A stretch of 64,000 nt of DNA from Halarcobacter sp. (GCA_048571215.1 CP182352.1:3040001-3104000); one strand, 5' to 3'. Positions 29,789 to 39,849 are shown, counted from the stretch's first letter. Numbers and translations: made by a program. The notes: generated by a model not told the origin, from the letters alone.

Positions 29789-31006
29789 ATGAATGATATT
29801 TCTTTTAAAAAAACAAATAGAAAAGAGAAACTAAAAGCATTTGCTTTAGTTTCCCCTTTACTTATATTTGTCTTGATATTTTTTGTTACACCTATTTGTA
29901 TAATTTTGGTTAAAGGAATATATAATCCTAAAATAAATACATTACTTCCAAAAACTGTTGTATCAATTCAAGCTTATAAATATACACAAGGATTTCCCAA
30001 AGAACAGACTTTAAAACTCTTTTTAGAAGAGCTTAAAACTCTATCTAAAGAGGGTAATAGTGGAGTATTAGCAGAAGAGTTAAATAGACAAGTAGCTGGT
30101 TTTGGAAGTACTATAAAAAGAACAGCAAGAAAACTAAAAAAAATAAAAATAGATGAGATATCATCTTATAAAGAGTATTTACTAAAAATCTCTAAAAGAT
30201 GGAATAATCCCAAATACTGGCTTACACTAAAAAGAGCTGAACACAGTTTTACTTTAAGTTATATACTTGCAGCAGTTGATGCTGAATATAATCTTGAAGG
30301 TAAAATAGTAAAAAAAGATGAATCCTCTCGTATTTATCTACCAATATTGATAAAAACACTATATATGGCTTTTTTAATCACTATTATTACTATTATTTTA
30401 GCTTATCCCACATCATATTTTTTATCAACTTTATCTACAGCTAAAGCAAACTTATTAATGATTTTTGTTCTATTACCATTTTGGACATCTATTTTAGTAA
30501 GGATTGTTTCATGGATTACTCTACTCCAAGAAAAAGGTGTAGTAAATGATATTTTGCTACATCTAAATATAATAAATCAACCTTTAGAGATGATGTTTAA
30601 CCAATTTGCAACCATAATTACAATGAGTCATATTCTTTTACCTTTTATGGTATTGCCACTATATGGATCGATGAGAGCAATGGATAAAGCTTATTTAAAA
30701 GCCTCTTCATCTTTAGGAGCTAATCCAACGACTACATTCTTTAAAATATATTTTCCACTGACAATCCCTGGACTTAGTGCAGGATCGATTTTAGTGTTTA
30801 TTATCGCTATTGGATACTACATTACTCCAGCACTTGTAGGTGGAGTAGATGGTCAAATGATTAGTAATATGATTGAGTTTCATATGAGAAATTCAAACAA
30901 CTGGGAACTAGCTTCAGCTATGGGTGGTATTTTGCTGTTTATTACAATAGTACTTTACTACACTTATAATAAGTTAGTTGGCGTTAATAGTTTAAAATTA
31001 GGATAA
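29789..31006 (+). CDS. ABC permease, PotB-like, with large loop insertion
   Basis: LLPFWTSILVR, HILLPFMVLPLY, SLGA and IGYYITPALVGG. Confidence 0.88.
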   Translation: MNDISFKKTNRKEKLKAFALVSPLLIFVLIFFVTPICIILVKGIYNPKINTLLPKTVVSIQAYKYTQGFPKEQTLKLFLEELKTLSKEGNSGVLAEELNRQVAGFGSTIKRTARKLKKIKIDEISSYKEYLLKISKRWNNPKYWLTLKRAEHSFTLSYILAAVDAEYNLEGKIVKKDESSRIYLPILIKTLYMAFLITIITIILAYPTSYFLSTLSTAKANLLMIFVLLPFWTSILVRIVSWITLLQEKGVVNDILLHLNIINQPLEMMFNQFATIITMSHILLPFMVLPLYGSMRAMDKAYLKASSSLGANPTTTFFKIYFPLTIPGLSAGSILVFIIAIGYYITPALVGGVDGQMISNMIEFHMRNSNNWELASAMGGILLFITIVLYYTYNKLVGVNSLKLG

Positions 31007-31010
31007 AAAA

Positions 31011-31862
31011 ATGATAAATAGTTTTTTAGAAAAATTTATATATAAAAAATTCAACTTATTTACAAAGTTATTTAGTTATGGGGTGTTTTTATTTTTAGTT
31101 TTACCTATTATTATAGTTGTGCCACTCTCTTTTAACTCAGGTTCATTTTTTACATTCACACATGAAATGTTAAGTTTAAATCCAGATGGGTTTTCACTTA
31201 GATGGTATGAGGAGTTTTTAGGAAGTGAAGATTGGATGATAGCAATAAAAAATTCATTTTTTATTGCTATAGTTAGTAGTTTTTTAGCTATTGTTTTGGG
31301 AACTATTGCTGCCCTTGGATTAAACAATGAGAAAATGCCTTTTAAAGGTGCACTAATGATTCTTTTCATCTCACCAATGATTGTACCTCTTATTATCCTT
31401 GCAGCTGGAATGTACTTTTTTTACTCTTATACTGGATTATTAAATAGTTATACTGGAATCATCATAGCCCATGCAATATTAGGTTCACCTTTTGTTGTAA
31501 TAAATGTTTTAACCTCTTTAAGTACTTATGATTTAAATCTTACTCGAGCATCATATAGTTTAGGAGCTAATCCTATAGCTACATTTTTTAATATCACATT
31601 TCCCTTAATTAGACCAGGGATTATTTCGGGTGGATTATTTGCTTTTGTTACATCTTTTGATGAAGTTGTAATTATTTTATTTTTAGCAAATCCAGAGCAA
31701 GGAACTATTCCTAAGCAGATGTTTACAGGATTAAGGGAACAAATAAGTCCAACTATATTAGCAGCATCAACTTTGTTATTACTTTTTTCTGTAATTTTAC
31801 TTGTAAGTATTCAATATATTCAAAGAAGAAAAGAAAAACTAAGAATTGGTGGTGGTGAGTGA
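31011..31862 (+). CDS. ABC permease, PotC-like
   Basis: FSLRWY, SPMIVP and FAFVTSFDEVV. Confidence 0.88.
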   Translation: MINSFLEKFIYKKFNLFTKLFSYGVFLFLVLPIIIVVPLSFNSGSFFTFTHEMLSLNPDGFSLRWYEEFLGSEDWMIAIKNSFFIAIVSSFLAIVLGTIAALGLNNEKMPFKGALMILFISPMIVPLIILAAGMYFFYSYTGLLNSYTGIIIAHAILGSPFVVINVLTSLSTYDLNLTRASYSLGANPIATFFNITFPLIRPGIISGGLFAFVTSFDEVVIILFLANPEQGTIPKQMFTGLREQISPTILAASTLLLLFSVILLVSIQYIQRRKEKLRIGGGE

Positions 31863-31875
31863 TTTATTCACCACC
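31851..31875 (+). other. Hairpin overlapping the permease stop codon
   Basis: GGTGGTGAGT-GATTT-ATTCACCACC with no strong U tract. Confidence 0.5.
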
Positions 31876-31955
31876 CAGTTTAAATACAAACTTTCCCAAT
31901 CTTTCAATTGGGTTAGCCTATAAAAATTTTTAAATATTAAAAGAGGAAAATATAT

Positions 31956-32915
31956 ATGCAAAATTATTTTAACCAACCACAAAATGGAAATGATATGCCA
32001 AGATTTGGAGGACGAGCTACTATGATGCGTCTTCCATTTGCAGAAAAATTAGATAATTTAGATGTTGCCTTTATTGGTATACCATTGGATGTTGGTACTT
32101 CTCAAAGAGCAGGTACTCGTTATGGTCCAAGACAGATTCGTACGGAATCTGTTATGATTAGACCTTATAACATGGCTACAGGTGCTGCTCCATTTGATTC
32201 ATTAAATGTAGCAGATATAGGGGATGTACCTATAAACACATATAGTCTTCTAAAATCTGTTGATATTATAGAAGAGTATTATACTAACCTTAACCAATAC
32301 ACACTAAGCCCTTTAACTTTAGGGGGAGACCATACTTTAAGTCTACCTATTTTACGGGCTATTACTAAAAAACATGGTCCAGTTGGATTAATTCATGTTG
32401 ATGCCCATACAGATACAAATGATAATATGTTTGGTGAAAAAATTGCCCATGGTACTACATTTAGAAGAGCTGTAGAAGAGGGTCTATTAGATTGTGATAG
32501 GGTAGTACAAATAGGTCAGCGTGCCCAAGGGTATGATGCCCAAGATTTTCAATGGGGAGTAGATCAAGGTTTTAAACTTTTTACAGCTGAAAAGTGTTGG
32601 CATAAATCTTTAGAAAACTTAATGTTAGAAGTTAGAAATATTATGGGGGATAAACCTGTTTATCTTTCCTTTGACATTGATGGAATTGATCCAGCATGGG
32701 CACCAGGAACTGGTACCCCTGAAGTTGGAGGATTGACTTCTATACAAGGGTTAGAGATTATTCGTGGATGTAAGGGATTAAATCTAATTGGAGCAGATCT
32801 AGTAGAAGTATCTCCCCCTTATGATATAAGTGGCAATACATCTCAATTAGGTGCGAACTATCTTTATGAGATGTTATGCGTATTACCAAAAGTAAAGTAT
32901 TATAAAGGAAAATAA
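31956..32915 (+). CDS. gbuA: Ureohydrolase, guanidinobutyrase GbuA-like (agmatinase family)
   Basis: GNDMPRFGG.ATMMRLP, ESVMIRPYNMATGAAPFDSLNVADIGDV, GGDH, DAH.D, MFGEKIAHGTTFRRAVEE, SFDIDGIDPAWAPGTGTPE and YEMLCVLP closely follow the recalled Pseudomonas GbuA. Confidence 0.8.
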   Translation: MQNYFNQPQNGNDMPRFGGRATMMRLPFAEKLDNLDVAFIGIPLDVGTSQRAGTRYGPRQIRTESVMIRPYNMATGAAPFDSLNVADIGDVPINTYSLLKSVDIIEEYYTNLNQYTLSPLTLGGDHTLSLPILRAITKKHGPVGLIHVDAHTDTNDNMFGEKIAHGTTFRRAVEEGLLDCDRVVQIGQRAQGYDAQDFQWGVDQGFKLFTAEKCWHKSLENLMLEVRNIMGDKPVYLSFDIDGIDPAWAPGTGTPEVGGLTSIQGLEIIRGCKGLNLIGADLVEVSPPYDISGNTSQLGANYLYEMLCVLPKVKYYKGK

Positions 32916-32916
32916 A

Positions 32917-34215
32917 ATGAGTCAATCACATGATAATATAACAGCGGCAAAAGATAATGAGCGTACAGTAGGTTTATTTAAAACCATATTTATTTGGTTA
33001 GCAGCTTCTTTGGTAATCCCAACAGTTATGACAGGTCAAATGTTTATACCAGATCTAAGTCCAGCAACAGCAATGGAAGCAATACTAATAGCTTCTATAC
33101 TTGGGTGCATAGCCCTAGGTGCAATTGCAGCAATTGGTACACAAACTGGTCTTACAACATTTGTATATGCTCGTAGAGTTTTTGGATTATCAGGTTCAAA
33201 AGCTTTTGCTGTATTAAATATAGTTTTACTTCTTGGATGGGGAGTTATTCAAGGTTATTTAGGTGGATTAGCACTAAATAAAGTATTATCTAATCTATTT
33301 GGTTTTGATAATATAGTATTAACAATTATCCTTACTCAAGGTGTTGTTTTATTAATAACATTACAAGGGCATAAAGGGATTGAAAAAGTTGAAAGTATAG
33401 CATCAAGTTTAATGTTAGTGATGGCACTTGCTGTAATTTATTATCTTCTAGATCAAAATGGTTTAACAGCAGTGAATAATATTCCATTATCTGATTCCCC
33501 AGCTCTTAATTATGCTATAGTATTTGATATTGTTTTAGCTACAGCTTTCTCGTGGATGGCACTACCATGTGATTATAATCGTTATTGTAAATCAGTTAAA
33601 ATTAGTGTATCTGGTATTTCAATTGGATATATGGTAGGAACCTTAATTGCCATGGGACTTGGTATCTTAGTTGGTTCAATCTCTATAATAAATGGATTAG
33701 AACCTACTTATGATCCAGCAGCTGTATTAGATAGTAGTTTTGGTACTATTGCAGCATTAGTTATGTTTTTATCGGTAATGACTACAAATGTAATGGTGCT
33801 TTATAGTATCACAATGAGTACAATGTCTTTATCGTCTAAGTTTTCATTTGCTAAAGTAGCTCTTTTCTTTGGTTTAATTTCATCATTAGCTTCTCTTCTT
33901 CAAGAGCTACTTATGGTAGCTTTCTTTGATTGGATATTATTAGTTGGAGCATTTATGATTCCAGTATTTTCAATTATGCTAGTTGATTATTATATTTTAA
34001 AGAATCAAGATATGAAAGAGGATAAATTGATTAATATAAATATACCTGCTTTAATTACAGTTGTAATAAGTGTTTTATTTTCATTATATTTCACATATTC
34101 AAATCCATTAGAATTTGGTGCAACAGCTGCAACATTTTTATTTGCAGGAGTTTTATACTTTATTTTAGTAAAAATTTTTTCAAAAAAAGAACAACTAAGT
34201 TTAGAAATGGAGTAA
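32917..34215 (+). CDS. NCS1/purine-cytosine permease family transporter
   Basis: About 12 TM helices, IGTQTGL, R.VFG..GS, GW...Q, SW....DYNRY and LVDYY. Confidence 0.82.
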   Translation: MSQSHDNITAAKDNERTVGLFKTIFIWLAASLVIPTVMTGQMFIPDLSPATAMEAILIASILGCIALGAIAAIGTQTGLTTFVYARRVFGLSGSKAFAVLNIVLLLGWGVIQGYLGGLALNKVLSNLFGFDNIVLTIILTQGVVLLITLQGHKGIEKVESIASSLMLVMALAVIYYLLDQNGLTAVNNIPLSDSPALNYAIVFDIVLATAFSWMALPCDYNRYCKSVKISVSGISIGYMVGTLIAMGLGILVGSISIINGLEPTYDPAAVLDSSFGTIAALVMFLSVMTTNVMVLYSITMSTMSLSSKFSFAKVALFFGLISSLASLLQELLMVAFFDWILLVGAFMIPVFSIMLVDYYILKNQDMKEDKLININIPALITVVISVLFSLYFTYSNPLEFGATAATFLFAGVLYFILVKIFSKKEQLSLEME

Positions 34216-34219
34216 AAAA

Positions 34220-35653
34220 ATGATAGAACTAAAACATTTTATTAATGGGGAATATACTAAAAAAGAAGAAAACTTTAGAAATATATATAATCCATCAAAA
34301 CAAGAGGATATTGGAACTACACCAATAGCCTCTGAAGAAGAGATTTTGGATACTATAAAATGTGCAAATGAAGCTTTAAAACAATGGTCAAATACTCCTA
34401 GTGAAAAAAGAGCCGAATATCTATATAAAATAGCTCAAGGTTTAGAAAAAAGAAAAGATGATATTGCAAAAAATATTACTCTTTGTATGGGGAAGCCGCT
34501 AAAAGAAGCCTTATTAGATGTTGAAGATGCCATTGCATGTTATTCTTATTATGCAGAATCTTCAAAAGATATAGATGCAGAAAATCAAAAAATTGTTTCA
34601 CTTGAAGATACTGATTATAATATATCAAAGCGTTATGAACCAGTTGGTGTAGTGGGATTAATAGTACCATGGAATTTCCCAACAGTTACAACTGCTTGGA
34701 AAGTTGCTCCAGCATTAGCTGCTGGATGTACTGTAATACTTAAACCATCAGGAGTATCTCCTATTCCTGAACACATATTAGCAGAAATCTCTAAGGAGAT
34801 AGATTTACCAAATGGGGTTTTAAATATACTTTATGGAGGTGCTAATCTAGCTCAAGAATTAACAAAAAGTGAGGATATTGCAAAAATATCTTTTACTGGA
34901 AGTACTAGAGTGGGTCAAGAGTTAACCTGCATAAGTGCACCATCTTTAAAAAACCTTAGTTTAGAATTAGGAGGGAAATCAGCGCTTATTGCATGTGAAG
35001 ATGCTAATATAGATGAAGTTGCTACCCTTGCTTGCAATGGTATATTTTTCAATAATGGACAGATGTGTTCTGCAACTTCTAGAGTTTTAATCCACAAAAA
35101 CATTTATACTAAAGTATTAGAAAAGTTAAAACAAAAGGTTGAAGAGCTTAAAATAGGGGACCCCTTAAGTATGGAAACAGATATAGGACCACTTAGTTCA
35201 AAAAAACAGTTTAATACTGTATGCAATTACTTTGAAATAGCAAAAGAAGAAAAACTTACTTGTTTAACAGGTGGGAAAAAATTAGATGGAAACTATGTAT
35301 CTCCAACAATATATTATGATGTATTTAAGACTAGTAGATTATGGCAAGAAGAGATATTTGGTCCTATACTATGTGTGAACCCTTTTGATACAATAGAAGA
35401 GGCAATTATTATGGCAAATGATACGGAATATGGATTAGCAGCTAGTGTTATTTCAAAAGATCAAAATCAAGCTATTAGTATTGCCAATTCTCTTAAAGCA
35501 GGAATTATATGGATTAATACTGATCAAATAGTATTGCCACAACTAAGTTGGGGTGGATATAAAAAAAGTAGTATTGGTAGAGAATTAGGAGAAGAGGGTT
35601 TAAACTCTTTTAGAGAATTAAAACATATAATAATGCCAAAAGAAAAATATTAA
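34220..35653 (+). CDS. Aldehyde dehydrogenase, aminoaldehyde/betaine-aldehyde type
   Basis: PWNFP, FTGS, LELGGKS, GQMCSATSR, EEIFGP and WGGYKKS.IGRELG. Confidence 0.88.
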   Translation: MIELKHFINGEYTKKEENFRNIYNPSKQEDIGTTPIASEEEILDTIKCANEALKQWSNTPSEKRAEYLYKIAQGLEKRKDDIAKNITLCMGKPLKEALLDVEDAIACYSYYAESSKDIDAENQKIVSLEDTDYNISKRYEPVGVVGLIVPWNFPTVTTAWKVAPALAAGCTVILKPSGVSPIPEHILAEISKEIDLPNGVLNILYGGANLAQELTKSEDIAKISFTGSTRVGQELTCISAPSLKNLSLELGGKSALIACEDANIDEVATLACNGIFFNNGQMCSATSRVLIHKNIYTKVLEKLKQKVEELKIGDPLSMETDIGPLSSKKQFNTVCNYFEIAKEEKLTCLTGGKKLDGNYVSPTIYYDVFKTSRLWQEEIFGPILCVNPFDTIEEAIIMANDTEYGLAASVISKDQNQAISIANSLKAGIIWINTDQIVLPQLSWGGYKKSSIGRELGEEGLNSFRELKHIIMPKEKY

Positions 35654-35661
35654 GCTCTAAG

Positions 35662-35978
35662 ATGGAACGAGTATCAGAAAATGAATGGTATGAAGTAAAG
35701 AAACCATAATTTACTTATAACTAGTGGGATGAGGGTAGCAAGTCATACCCACTCTGATAATATTAGCTGTAATTATGAGTTCCTAGAGCATTGTGTTCAT
35801 AATGCAGAGTGAATTACTTAGTCATCCTAGCCATAAAAATACACTTGTTGAAGAGGCTGGTATGATTGATTTAGAAGATTCTCAATATAATCTATGAAGT
35901 CATTTTCCAAGCTTTGATGGGAAACGATATAAGGAACTTATCTACAATTATTTACGCTCAAAAAATATAAATTATTAA
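35662..35978 (+). pseudogene. Heavily deleted MBL-fold metallo-hydrolase remnant
   Basis: Consecutive fragments in different frames: MERVSENEWYEVKKP*, LLITSGMRVASHTHSDNISCNYEF..CVHNAE*, ELLSHPSHKNTL..AGMIDL and HFPSFDGKRYKELIYNYL. These include a decayed SHxHxDH and the C-terminal (G)HFPSF motif. Confidence 0.65.
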
Positions 35979-36023
35979 GTGGAACTTTAAACTTTAAATA
36001 AATCAAATAACAATAAACAAAAG

Positions 36024-36066
36024 TGTCGTTTTGTTCCTATACTTAAGATTAAAAGATATATATAAT
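36024..36066 (+). promoter_or_regulatory. sigma70 promoter with upstream activator box (copy 2, predicted AraC site)
   Basis: TGTCGTTttgTTcCTAtACTT overlaps -35 TATACT, then 17 nt, then TATAAT at 36061. Confidence 0.65.
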
Positions 36067-36094
36067 ACGTTAAATTTATATAAGGATTCAATCA

Positions 36095-37393
36095 ATGAAT
36101 AAAAAGATAAAAATAACAAACAATAATGACCTTCAAGAAAGAAAAAATAAAGTTTTCGCAAGAGGTCAAGGTAATGCTTATCCTGTATATATTAAAGAGG
36201 CTAAAAACTCTGAAGTTTGGGATGTTGAAGGTAATAGATTAATTGACTTTGGGACAGGTATTGCTGTATGTAATACTGGACACAGCCATCCAAGAATTAT
36301 TGAAGCAGTTAAAGCACAAATTGAAAATTTCAGTCACACATGTTTTACAGTTACTCCATATGAAGTAGGTGTTAAATTAGCTGAAAAATTAACTAAAGTA
36401 GCTCCAGGTAAAACTGAGAAAAAAGCTATGTTTGCAACAACAGGTGCTGAAGCTGTTGAAAACTGTATAAAAATCGCAAGAGCTCACACAGGAAGAAGAG
36501 GTATCATTGCATTTAATGGTGGTTTCCACGGAAGAACTAATATGACAATGGCTCTAACTGGAAAAACTATGCCTTATAAAAAAGGGTTTGGTCCATTTCC
36601 TGCTGAAATTTATCACTTACCATATCCAACTAGCTTTAATGGAACTAGTGTTAAAGATACTTTAACTGCATTAAAAAATCTATTTAAAGTAGATATTCTA
36701 GCTGAAGATGTTGCGGCAATTATCATTGAACCAATTCAAGGTGAAGGTGGTTTTTACCAAACTCCAGTTGAACTATTACAAGAACTAAGAAGAATTTGTG
36801 ATGAGAATGGAATTGTATTAATCATAGATGAGATTCAAACTGGATTTGCTAGAACAGGTAAAATGTTCAATATTGAATATGCTGGTATTGAACCAGATTT
36901 AATGACAATGGCTAAAGGTATTGCTGGTGGTTACCCATTATCTGGTGTTGTTGGAAAAGCTGAAATTATGGATTCTGCTATTCCTGGTGGACTTGGTGGA
37001 ACTTATGGTGGATCACCTGTTGGTTGTGCAGCAGGATTAGCTGTTTTAGAAATAATTGAGGAAGAAGACTTAATTAACAGAGCAAATCAAATTGGTGATA
37101 TCTTCAATAAAAGATTAAATGAATTGAAAGCTCAATTCCCAGATTTAATTTGTGATGTAAGAAATAAAGGTGCAATGATTGCTTTAGAATTAATGAAAGA
37201 TGGTGATTTTGAAAAACCAAATGCAGAATTAACTAAAGCACTTACTGCAAAAGCTACTGAATATGGATTAATTCTATTATCTTGTGGTTTTAACAGCAAT
37301 GTAATTAGATTTTTACCTGCATTAACAATTAGTGACGAAGTTGTTAATGAAGGATTAGATAAATTTACTGAACTATTCACTAGTCTTAGTTAA
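36095..37393 (+). CDS. gabT: 4-aminobutyrate--2-oxoglutarate transaminase
   Basis: WDVEG, GIAVCNTGHSHP, TGAEAVEN.IKIARAHTGR, FHGRT, EPIQGEGGF, DEIQTGFARTG, MAKGIAGG and GGLGGTYGG. Confidence 0.9.
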   Translation: MNKKIKITNNNDLQERKNKVFARGQGNAYPVYIKEAKNSEVWDVEGNRLIDFGTGIAVCNTGHSHPRIIEAVKAQIENFSHTCFTVTPYEVGVKLAEKLTKVAPGKTEKKAMFATTGAEAVENCIKIARAHTGRRGIIAFNGGFHGRTNMTMALTGKTMPYKKGFGPFPAEIYHLPYPTSFNGTSVKDTLTALKNLFKVDILAEDVAAIIIEPIQGEGGFYQTPVELLQELRRICDENGIVLIIDEIQTGFARTGKMFNIEYAGIEPDLMTMAKGIAGGYPLSGVVGKAEIMDSAIPGGLGGTYGGSPVGCAAGLAVLEIIEEEDLINRANQIGDIFNKRLNELKAQFPDLICDVRNKGAMIALELMKDGDFEKPNAELTKALTAKATEYGLILLSCGFNSNVIRFLPALTISDEVVNEGLDKFTELFTSLS

Positions 37394-37401
37394 AAATTTA
37401 T

Positions 37402-37432
37402 TAGCTAAAATGTGAAATTTACATTTTAGCTA
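37402..37432. terminator. Bidirectional terminator between gabT and the AraC gene
   Basis: TAGCTAAAATGT-N7-ACATTTTAGCTA. Confidence 0.75.
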
Positions 37433-37439
37433 TAAATAT

Positions 37440-38255
37440 TTATGTTAACTCTTTCATTTGAAACTGTAAATATTTTGAACTATTATCTATGAAATCTTTT
37501 AAAGGTACTCCTGTAAAATATTTCAACTCTTTTAATAGATGGGATTGATCATAAAACTCTAAATCTTGGGAAATAAAAGCTAAACTTTTATAATTTTGCT
37601 CTTTTATACAATTTAATAATTTATAAAATCTTGATATTCTTTGAATTGTTCTAGCATTTAGTCCTGTGAACCTATTCATATCCCTTTGAACTTGTCTTAT
37701 TGAAAGCTTTGAGTTATTATAAAACTCATCTAATTGACAATTGAAGTGTAGATTTCTAATATTGGAAAGAAATTCATTTTCACTAAAATTATAAAAGAGT
37801 TGGAAAAAATATCTATTTAAAATATTTTGTATCTCATGTTGGTTGTTCCTATTATCATATAATCTATCCAAAATAGATTTATCAATCTTAATAGATAACT
37901 CATCTATACTGTAAGCTCTATTATCTAACTTATTAAAAGGTACTTTAAAAAGTTCATGTAATACACCAGGATAAAAAGAGATGTCAACATAAAAAAATTC
38001 ATCATTCATTTTCATGTCAAAAGATGGTGAAAAATACCATTCATGAGGTTTAACATTAGGTGGACATAAGTATATACCTGTAGAGTTTTTATTATTTGTG
38101 ATAAGAAATATTAAGCAAGATTCACTATAAGGTAATAATATCTTTTTATGACTTGGTATTTTATAGTTTCCACTTATTACCCAATAATATTTTATAAAAT
38201 TTAATAATGAGTATTCTGGTTTAAAAGATTGAATTTTCATTATTTTTAGCCCCAT
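37440..38255 (-). CDS. AraC-family transcriptional regulator (start may be 38240)
   Basis: N-terminal P...L..FIKYYW, F.PG, LSIRQVQR.M.RFTG and FYDQSHLLKELKYFTG HTH signature. Confidence 0.85.
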   Translation of the reverse strand: MGLKIMKIQSFKPEYSLLNFIKYYWVISGNYKIPSHKKILLPYSESCLIFLITNNKNSTGIYLCPPNVKPHEWYFSPSFDMKMNDEFFYVDISFYPGVLHELFKVPFNKLDNRAYSIDELSIKIDKSILDRLYDNRNNQHEIQNILNRYFFQLFYNFSENEFLSNIRNLHFNCQLDEFYNNSKLSIRQVQRDMNRFTGLNARTIQRISRFYKLLNCIKEQNYKSLAFISQDLEFYDQSHLLKELKYFTGVPLKDFIDNSSKYLQFQMKELT

Positions 38256-38456
38256 CTTTTACTTTAAGTATAATTATTAGCCTAATTCTTAAAATTTTTA
38301 TTAAACCTACCATTATACTCTAATTAGCCTATGGAGGTATAATTAAAATGCTTAGTAATTATACAATATAATCTTATCTTTTTCTAAGATAAAAAGAGGA
38401 AATATTTAAATAGAAGCCCTAGAAGAACAAAACTTAAAAACTAAGATTTATATCCC

Positions 38457-38486
38457 TATAAAATAGTCAAAATTGACTATTTTATA
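38457..38486 (-). terminator. Hairpin at the 3' end of the amino-acid ABC operon
   Basis: TATAAAATAGTCAA-AA-TTGACTATTTTATA. Confidence 0.6.
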
Positions 38487-39210
38487 ATACAGCCGAAAGG
38501 AAACCTTGCAACTCTTTTGTTTGAGGATTTCCAAAAACCTCTTCACTCTCCCCTGTTTCCCAGATTTTACCATTATGCATAAAGATAACTCTATCACCTA
38601 TATCTCTTGCAAAATTCATTTCATGGGTTACCAAAATAAGAGTTATTCCCTCTTTTGCTAACTCCTCAAGTACTTTTAAAACTTCTCCAACTAATTCAGG
38701 ATCTAAAGCAGATGTAATCTCATCACATAATAATACTTTTGGAGACATAGCCAAAGACCTTGCAATTGCTACTCTTTGTTTTTGACCACCTGATAAACTC
38801 TCTGGATATTGGTCAAAGAATTGTTCCATACCAACTTTTTTTAAACATTGCATAGCTAATACTTTTGCTTCTTCTTTACTTTTGCCAAGTATTAACCTTG
38901 GAGATAACATAACATTTTCACCAGCAGTTTTGTGTGGGTATAGATTAAAACTTTGAAATATCATTCCACAAACTTTACTTATCTTTTGAAGTTGTAAATC
39001 ATTTGTAGTAACTTCTAAATTACCAACTATAATATTACCCTCTTGGTGCTCTTCTAATCCATTTATACATCTTAAAAGGGTACTTTTCCCAGAACCTGAT
39101 CTTCCAATTATAGAAAGAACCTCTCCTGCTTTAACTTTTAAATCAATACCTTTTAAAATATGTTTCTCTCCATAATACTTATGCACACCCTCTAAACTAA
39201 CTAGCGACAT
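38482..39210 (-). CDS. Polar amino acid-type ABC transporter ATP-binding protein
   Basis: GRSGSGKS, FQSFNLYPH, LSGGQKQRVAIAR and DEITSALDPELVGEVL. Confidence 0.92.
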   Translation of the reverse strand: MSLVSLEGVHKYYGEKHILKGIDLKVKAGEVLSIIGRSGSGKSTLLRCINGLEEHQEGNIIVGNLEVTTNDLQLQKISKVCGMIFQSFNLYPHKTAGENVMLSPRLILGKSKEEAKVLAMQCLKKVGMEQFFDQYPESLSGGQKQRVAIARSLAMSPKVLLCDEITSALDPELVGEVLKVLEELAKEGITLILVTHEMNFARDIGDRVIFMHNGKIWETGESEEVFGNPQTKELQGFLSAVL

Positions 39211-39847
39211 TTAATTTCCTTTCTAAATATTTACTATATTTTGTAAGTGGGAAACAAATTACAAAATACAAAATAGCAACCATTGTAAAAACTTTAAAAG
39301 GCTCAAATGTTGCATTGTTTAACATAGTTCCAGCTTTTGTAAGTTCAACAAAACCAATTATTGAAGCTAAGGCTGTTCCTTTTACAACTTGCACTGAAAA
39401 ACCTACAGTTGGAGCAGTTGCTAATCTAATTGATTGAGGGATTATCACATGAAACATTGTTTGATAATAGTTTAATCCCATTGTTTTACAAGCTTCCCAT
39501 TGACCTTTGGGAACAGAATCTAAACACCCTCTCCAAATCTCGCATAAAAAAGCACTTGTAAATAGTGTCAAAGCTAAACTTGCAGCTGCCCAAGGTCCCA
39601 TATCTATACCAATAAGTGAAAGACCAAAAAAAGCAAGAAAAAGTTGCATAAGTAGAGGTGTTCCTTGAAAAACCTCCACATATATATTTATTAAAACTGT
39701 TAATACTTTATTGTTTGTCATTCTAAGAACTAAAAGTATTCCAGCTACTATTCCTCCACCAACAAAGGCTATTAATGATAACAAAACTGTCCATCTTGCA
39801 GCAAGTACTAAGTTTTGGAATATTTCTAATGTAGTAAACTGTTCCAT
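39197..39847 (-). CDS. Polar amino acid-type ABC permease
   Basis: FQGTPLLMQLF, EIWRG..SVPKGQWEA and VKGTALASIIG. Confidence 0.9.
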   Translation of the reverse strand: MEQFTTLEIFQNLVLAARWTVLLSLIAFVGGGIVAGILLVLRMTNNKVLTVLINIYVEVFQGTPLLMQLFLAFFGLSLIGIDMGPWAAASLALTLFTSAFLCEIWRGCLDSVPKGQWEACKTMGLNYYQTMFHVIIPQSIRLATAPTVGFSVQVVKGTALASIIGFVELTKAGTMLNNATFEPFKVFTMVAILYFVICFPLTKYSKYLERKLNVAS

Positions 39848-39849
39848 TC

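Noticed and set aside
38333..38371. GGAGG followed by a 7-codon ORF (MLSNYTI)
   Set aside because: Too short, with no downstream gene on that strand. It may be chance or a remnant.
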